Positions 58,938-64,000 of a stretch of 64,000 nucleotides of DNA are shown in pieces. Below the pieces are notes generated by a model. It did no database searches and was not told the DNA's origin. It worked only from the letters and a program-made list of their open reading frames with translations. This DNA comes from Flavobacteriales bacterium (GTDB lineage Bacteria; Bacteroidota; Bacteroidia; Flavobacteriales_E; Vicingaceae), in assembly GCA_020853105.1 (NCBI GenBank), contig JADYZM010000061.1:13410-77409 (forward strand), given 5' to 3'. A program made the translations under genes and the position numbers. Position 1 is the stretch's first letter, and each line of letters begins with the position of its first letter.

Positions 58938-59792
58938 TTACTGAACTACAGTTCCTAAGCTGAATACATCAACTCCATTTGATTGCATATTTCGCTGAGC
59001 AGTATAATTCATCATAAGTCCACTGTGGTAGTCATTCAAACTCCAAGTATATGGATTTTTATACCATTCTGAAATATCCATTTTAAATTGTATAGTTGCA
59101 TTATTTGTTATAGAAATTGCACCCAAATCGGCAACAAAATAGTTCTGAACGTTGGTCATTGTCATCATGTCGTGAGCTGTTCCCATGTGATAGGCATAAG
59201 TTGAATCATTGCCTTGGAATTTATATTTGCCTTCCATCATCATGAAATGATATCCTCCACCAATAGAAGTTGGCCAATTCCAACTGACAGAATTTAAATC
59301 AGTATAAATGTTCGAAACATTATCAGTACTATCAAAGCCAAAATTAAATCGTATGCTTGTGTAGTTATCAAAAGGAACATCAAGCGTTGTTTCCCAAGTT
59401 TGTGTAGTTTCATCACCTAAATCAACTAATTTGTAACCTTCAATCAAAACGCTGTCGCCATTTGATTTCATTAATCGAACATCGGATACCAAATACATTA
59501 GTTTTGTTAAACTAAGTGTATCACCAAAAGCATTTATAAAACTAAATGCTGGAGCGTGTACATCAGTGTGTGATACAGAAATTCCGTCAAAATGATGAAC
59601 AAATTTAAAAGTCAACTTACCCGATGTGGCAACAGGCACTTCCGGAGTTTTGTAAACACATGTTCCATTGTCTTTTTCAGCATTTGCGTCATAGTTCAGT
59701 GCTGTTGGGTCTGTGCAACCTTCTTTTTTTGAGCACGATGATAAAATAGAAAGAACAGTTAACAATAAAGTTGCTTTGATAAAATTTTTCAT
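58938..59792 (-). CDS. mbnP: MbnP-family putative copper-binding lipoprotein
   Basis: Lipobox SSC, KLMYLVSDVRL, FNFGFD, WxW motif (SWNW), GYHFMMMEG, His/Met-rich loops; directly upstream of an MbnH-like gene. Confidence 0.72.
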   Translation of the reverse strand: MKNFIKATLLLTVLSILSSCSKKEGCTDPTALNYDANAEKDNGTCVYKTPEVPVATSGKLTFKFVHHFDGISVSHTDVHAPAFSFINAFGDTLSLTKLMYLVSDVRLMKSNGDSVLIEGYKLVDLGDETTQTWETTLDVPFDNYTSIRFNFGFDSTDNVSNIYTDLNSVSWNWPTSIGGGYHFMMMEGKYKFQGNDSTYAYHMGTAHDMMTMTNVQNYFVADLGAISITNNATIQFKMDISEWYKNPYTWSLNDYHSGLMMNYTAQRNMQSNGVDVFSLGTVVQ

Positions 59793-59930
59793 GATTTAGA
59801 TAATTTATTTTGATAAAATTAAGCCCAAAAATTAACTTTTTGTATGATATTCAACACATCATTGAAAGTCTAATCTCAATTTTATCCAATAATTTTACGG
59901 ATATTTGAACTACAAACAAGCCAATTTTCT

Positions 59931-60848
59931 TTGCAAAACAACGAATTGATAGTAATTTTAGGTCCAACAGCCACAGGAAAAACAAAGTTGGCAGCTCACT
60001 TGGCCGACAAAATAGATGGTGAAGTTATAAGTGCTGATTCCAGACAAGTATATAAAGGAATGGACATAGGAACAGGAAAAGATTTGGCTGATTTTGTTAT
60101 TGAAAATAAAAAAATTCCCTATCATTTAATTGATATTATTGATGCCGGCAAGGAATATAACGTATTTGAATTTCAAGAAGACTTTTACAAAGTGTTCAGC
60201 GAGATCACAAATCGAAATAAAAAAGCTATTTTATGCGGTGGATCAGGCTTGTACTTAGAATCAGTTTTAAAAAGCTATCAGTTTATGAAAGTTCCTGCAA
60301 ATATGGAATTACGCGAAGAGTTAGAAAAAAACAATATTGAGGAGTTAAATACTATTTTACAAAAACTCAAGCCAATTCATAATACTACCGACAGCGTTTA
60401 TAAAAAAAGAATAATCAGAGCTATAGAAATAGCAATATATCAAAAAGAAAATCAATCCGTATCACGTGAATACCCAAAACTTAATTATAAATTGTTCGGG
60501 ATACATTTTGAACGTGAAATCCTAAAAAAAAGGATAACTCAGCGACTGTTGCATAGGATTGAAAACGAAGGAATGATTGACGAAGTAAAAACATTAATCT
60601 CAAACGGAATTTCTCAGGAAAAACTAATGTTTTATGGATTGGAATATAAATTCATAACTCTATTTCTGAATAATGAGTTGAGTTATGAAGAGTTAATTGA
60701 AAAATTAACGGTATCGATTCATCAGTTTTCCAAGCGACAAAGCACATGGTTCAGAAAAATGGAGAGAGAAGGGTTTCACATTCACTGGATTGACGGAAAT
60801 TTATCTCTGTCTGAAAAACTAAGAACTATTTTGGAACAAATTAATTAA
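59931..60848 (+). CDS. miaA: Second tRNA dimethylallyltransferase paralog
   Basis: GPTATGKT, SADSRQVYKGMDIGTGKD, CGGSGLY, YGLEYK and FSKRQSTWFR; TTG start. Confidence 0.85.
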   Translation: MQNNELIVILGPTATGKTKLAAHLADKIDGEVISADSRQVYKGMDIGTGKDLADFVIENKKIPYHLIDIIDAGKEYNVFEFQEDFYKVFSEITNRNKKAILCGGSGLYLESVLKSYQFMKVPANMELREELEKNNIEELNTILQKLKPIHNTTDSVYKKRIIRAIEIAIYQKENQSVSREYPKLNYKLFGIHFEREILKKRITQRLLHRIENEGMIDEVKTLISNGISQEKLMFYGLEYKFITLFLNNELSYEELIEKLTVSIHQFSKRQSTWFRKMEREGFHIHWIDGNLSLSEKLRTILEQIN

Positions 60849-60875
60849 ATTTGGTTCAACAAATTACTAATTAAT

Positions 60876-63800
60876 TTGAATACTTCCCTAGCTAATTTTG
60901 CAGTTTATAATTCATCAGCCGGCTCAGGCAAAACTTTTACTTTGGTAAAAGAATACTTGAAAATTGCCCTCAAAACAAAAGATTCAAATGCATATCGGAC
61001 AATCCTTGCCATTACTTTTACCAATAAGGCTGCCGCCGAAATGAAAGACCGAATCATTGAAACCCTACAATATTTTGCTGAAAACAAAGAATTTAAAAGT
61101 ACATCAAAAACATTACTTGAACTTTACTTAAACCCAGACAATGAAGATTATTTAGGCATCACACAAGAAGAAATCAAATTAAGAAGCCAAAAAGTTCTTG
61201 GCTCGATTTTGCACAATTATAATGATTTTGCTATCAGTACCATAGATAAATTTACAACAAAAATTATCCGAACATTTACTATGGACTTGAAACTTCCATT
61301 AAATTTTGGGATAGAACTCAACGAGAAAGAAGTAATTGAAAATGCTGTTGACCTACTATTAGCTGATATCGGAACAAATGAACAGCTAACTCAACTATTA
61401 TTGAATTACAGCAAAGAGAAAGCCGATAGCGAAAAAAGCTGGAAGATAGATAGCGACTTAATTAGTTTTACCAAAAAAATTATTCAAGAAGGCGGGGAAC
61501 AACATTTAGAAACGCTTAGAGAATTGAGCATTGATAATTTTAATGCAATTCATAAAACAATTGTAGATGAAAACAAAGCTTTTGTAGCTAAAGTTCGTAG
61601 TGTTGGTACAGAAACTATGCACTTTTTTGAAAGTTTAGGAATAACAGAAAACTATTTTCTAAAAGGATATATTTATAAGTTTTTTAAAGCCTTGTCAGAA
61701 TATTCTGGTGGAGAGATAAAAGAAAACAAAACAGTTAATAATTCATTTACAAACACAGAAGAATGGTATCCTCAAAGACTAAGTTTAAATGAAAAAAATT
61801 TAATAGACAGCAACAAAGAAAATATTACCGTTTTTTATAAGAAATATGAAAATCTAAAAGGAAAAGAATACAGTGATTATTTAATAAAATCAAACTTCTT
61901 AAAGAATTTCTACCAAACAGCGGTTATCAACGAAATTGAAAAAACAATTGCTGAGTACAAGTCCGACAACAATATTCTAACCCTTTCTGATTTTAATAAA
62001 AAAATTTCAAACATAATTCTAACTGAATCCATTCCATTTATTTACGAACGTTTGGGTGAAAAATATCATCATTTTATGATAGATGAATTTCAGGACACTT
62101 CAGTTCTTCAGTGGCAAAATTTAATTCCATTAGTAGAAAATTCTTTAAGTAATGGCAGCTACAACATGGTGGTTGGTGATGCAAAACAAGCTATTTATAG
62201 GTTTAGAGGTGGTGAAGTAGAACAAATCATCAATCTGCCGAAAATATTTAACAACAACAATCCTTTTTTGATTGAAAGAGAAAAAGCCCTTATCAGAAAT
62301 TTTAAACCAAATAACCTTGACACAAACTTTCGCTCAAAAACAGAAATAGTTACATTTAACAATCAATTCTTCAACTTTGTTTCCACATTTCTATCCGCAC
62401 GATACTCCAATTTATACAGCAAACTAAATCAAAAATCAAACATAAAAAATACAGGAGGTAGCATTGATATTTTACTTCTCGACAAAGATGAATATAAAGA
62501 AAACACCTTGAAATCAATTTTGGATTTTATCAACCAATGCAGAAACGACGGTTTCAAACTAAACGACATAGCTATCCTTTATAGAAATAACAATTTTGGC
62601 TCTGAAATTTCCAGGTTCTTGTTAGAAAACAATATTTCGGTTATTTCTTCTGAAGGCTTATTAATAAACAGTTCGCTCGATGTAAAGTTTATACTAAACC
62701 TTTTAAAATACATTTCAAATCCAAAAGATAAAAGTTGCCATCTCAATTGTATAAACTACCTAATCAATACAAAATATCCGGAAGAACAAATTGCTATTTA
62801 TTTTAACTCAGACAGCGATGATGCATTAAGCAACTTTTTAGAAAAACACAACCGTAAATTTGAACTAGACAGGATTACCCAATTATCAATTTATGAATTG
62901 GTTGAATATTTAATTAATCATTTTGAATTGTCTCAAACATGCAACACGTATCTAGAATTTTTCATTGATAAAATTCATCTGTTTGCAACAAAAAATAACA
63001 ATTCAATTCTTGATTTTCTTGATTGGTGGGAACAAAAATCTGAAAAATTTTCAGTAATAATTCCTGAAGGCATTGAAGCCGTTCAAGTGATGAGTATTCA
63101 TAAATCAAAAGGGCTCGATTTTTCAGTCGTTATCTATCCACATAAAAATTCAAAAAAAAATAATGATTCGTTTTTTTGGACAAGAAAACCTATTGTTAAG
63201 GGCTTAGAAGCAACATATATTGCCCAAAAAACAGAGTTGACAGAAACTGAACTAAAAGACGAATACGAATATGAAATAGAAAAATCATTATTAGATGATA
63301 TAAACGTGCTTTATGTAGCACAAACTCGACCAAAAAATAGGTTGTATATTATTTCTAATCAGCTTGAATACACGAAGAATAACGAGTTAACCAAAGATTC
63401 ACAGAAAAACTATTACGGGCTTTTTTGTCGGTTGGAAACTATGACAAAAATTTCTGAAAACCACTATTTATATGGTAAACATACTCCTTGTGTTCAAAAC
63501 GCAGAAGAAAAACCAAAAAAGTGTTATACCATGTCTAACATTCATTATACACCATGGAGAGATAAAATATCTATAAGTTACCAGGCACCAAAATTCTGGG
63601 AAGTTGAAAACCCAAAAACATCAACCGATTACGGAAAAAAACTTCACCAAATTTTATCAACTATCAACCAACTATCAGACATTGATACTATTCTCAATGA
63701 TTTCTATTTGAAAGGTATTATTAATCAAGACGAAAAAACAAAAATTTCTATCGAAATTCAAGAATTACTAACTATACTCGAAATTGCTAATTTTTTTAAC

Positions 63801-64000
63801 GATTACATTTCGTTTAAAGCAGAAGCTGCTATTTTGGATATTGATGGAAAATCGTATCAGCCTGATAGAATTTTAGTAAAAAATAACGAAACTGTAATTT
63901 TGGATTACAAATCAGGGCAAAAAAAAGAAAAACATAAAGACCAAATTTTACACTACAAGTTACTGCTTGAAAAAATGGGGTATCAAAATGTAAAGTGTCA
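60876..64000 (+). CDS. addA: UvrD-family helicase / PD-(D/E)XK nuclease (AddA-like); 3' end beyond the window
   Basis: Not in the ORF track because it has no stop in the window. From TTG 60876: SSAGSGKTFTL, TFTNKAA, IDEFQDTS, VGDAKQAIYRFRG, SIHKSKGL, then PDR...LDYKSG. The start and end motifs are in the same frame. Confidence 0.88.
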   Translation, partial: MNTSLANFAVYNSSAGSGKTFTLVKEYLKIALKTKDSNAYRTILAITFTNKAAAEMKDRIIETLQYFAENKEFKSTSKTLLELYLNPDNEDYLGITQEEIKLRSQKVLGSILHNYNDFAISTIDKFTTKIIRTFTMDLKLPLNFGIELNEKEVIENAVDLLLADIGTNEQLTQLLLNYSKEKADSEKSWKIDSDLISFTKKIIQEGGEQHLETLRELSIDNFNAIHKTIVDENKAFVAKVRSVGTETMHFFESLGITENYFLKGYIYKFFKALSEYSGGEIKENKTVNNSFTNTEEWYPQRLSLNEKNLIDSNKENITVFYKKYENLKGKEYSDYLIKSNFLKNFYQTAVINEIEKTIAEYKSDNNILTLSDFNKKISNIILTESIPFIYERLGEKYHHFMIDEFQDTSVLQWQNLIPLVENSLSNGSYNMVVGDAKQAIYRFRGGEVEQIINLPKIFNNNNPFLIEREKALIRNFKPNNLDTNFRSKTEIVTFNNQFFNFVSTFLSARYSNLYSKLNQKSNIKNTGGSIDILLLDKDEYKENTLKSILDFINQCRNDGFKLNDIAILYRNNNFGSEISRFLLENNISVISSEGLLINSSLDVKFILNLLKYISNPKDKSCHLNCINYLINTKYPEEQIAIYFNSDSDDALSNFLEKHNRKFELDRITQLSIYELVEYLINHFELSQTCNTYLEFFIDKIHLFATKNNNSILDFLDWWEQKSEKFSVIIPEGIEAVQVMSIHKSKGLDFSVVIYPHKNSKKNNDSFFWTRKPIVKGLEATYIAQKTELTETELKDEYEYEIEKSLLDDINVLYVAQTRPKNRLYIISNQLEYTKNNELTKDSQKNYYGLFCRLETMTKISENHYLYGKHTPCVQNAEEKPKKCYTMSNIHYTPWRDKISISYQAPKFWEVENPKTSTDYGKKLHQILSTINQLSDIDTILNDFYLKGIINQDEKTKISIEIQELLTILEIANFFNDYISFKAEAAILDIDGKSYQPDRILVKNNETVILDYKSGQKKEKHKDQILHYKLLLEKMGYQNVKC

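Overview
AT-rich chromosomal segment of a Bacteroidota, most likely Flavobacteriales-type, bacterium. The call rests on TAnnTTTG -7 promoter elements, four type IX secretion (T9SS) cargo proteins, surface lipoproteins and Bacteroidota-type yebC, rocD and pruA. Most of the window is housekeeping: tpx (partial), rlmI, ruvX, ribBA, yebC, rocD, rlmD, tsaC, cca, two miaA paralogs, lipA, ung, slyD, comB, gcvT, pruA, aroK, tRNA-Lys, tRNA-Leu and a partial addA-like helicase/nuclease. Accessory content: an NAD-linked Mo/W formate dehydrogenase operon with an orphan sensor kinase between its beta and alpha genes, a TPR-kinase/LytTR two-component system, two tandem giant repeat-array T9SS proteins sharing a C-terminal cassette, and an MbnP/MbnH-like copper pair. 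The most striking element is a ~0.5 kb cassette at 17847-18360. A DUF559 (Vsr-like) endonuclease gene is bracketed by two ~70 bp direct repeats, each folding into the same three-way junction with compensatory base changes, and it sits between a predicted promoter and rlmD. No CRISPR array, rRNA, integrase or transposase was recognised. All protein calls come from motif recognition by eye; no database searches were run.
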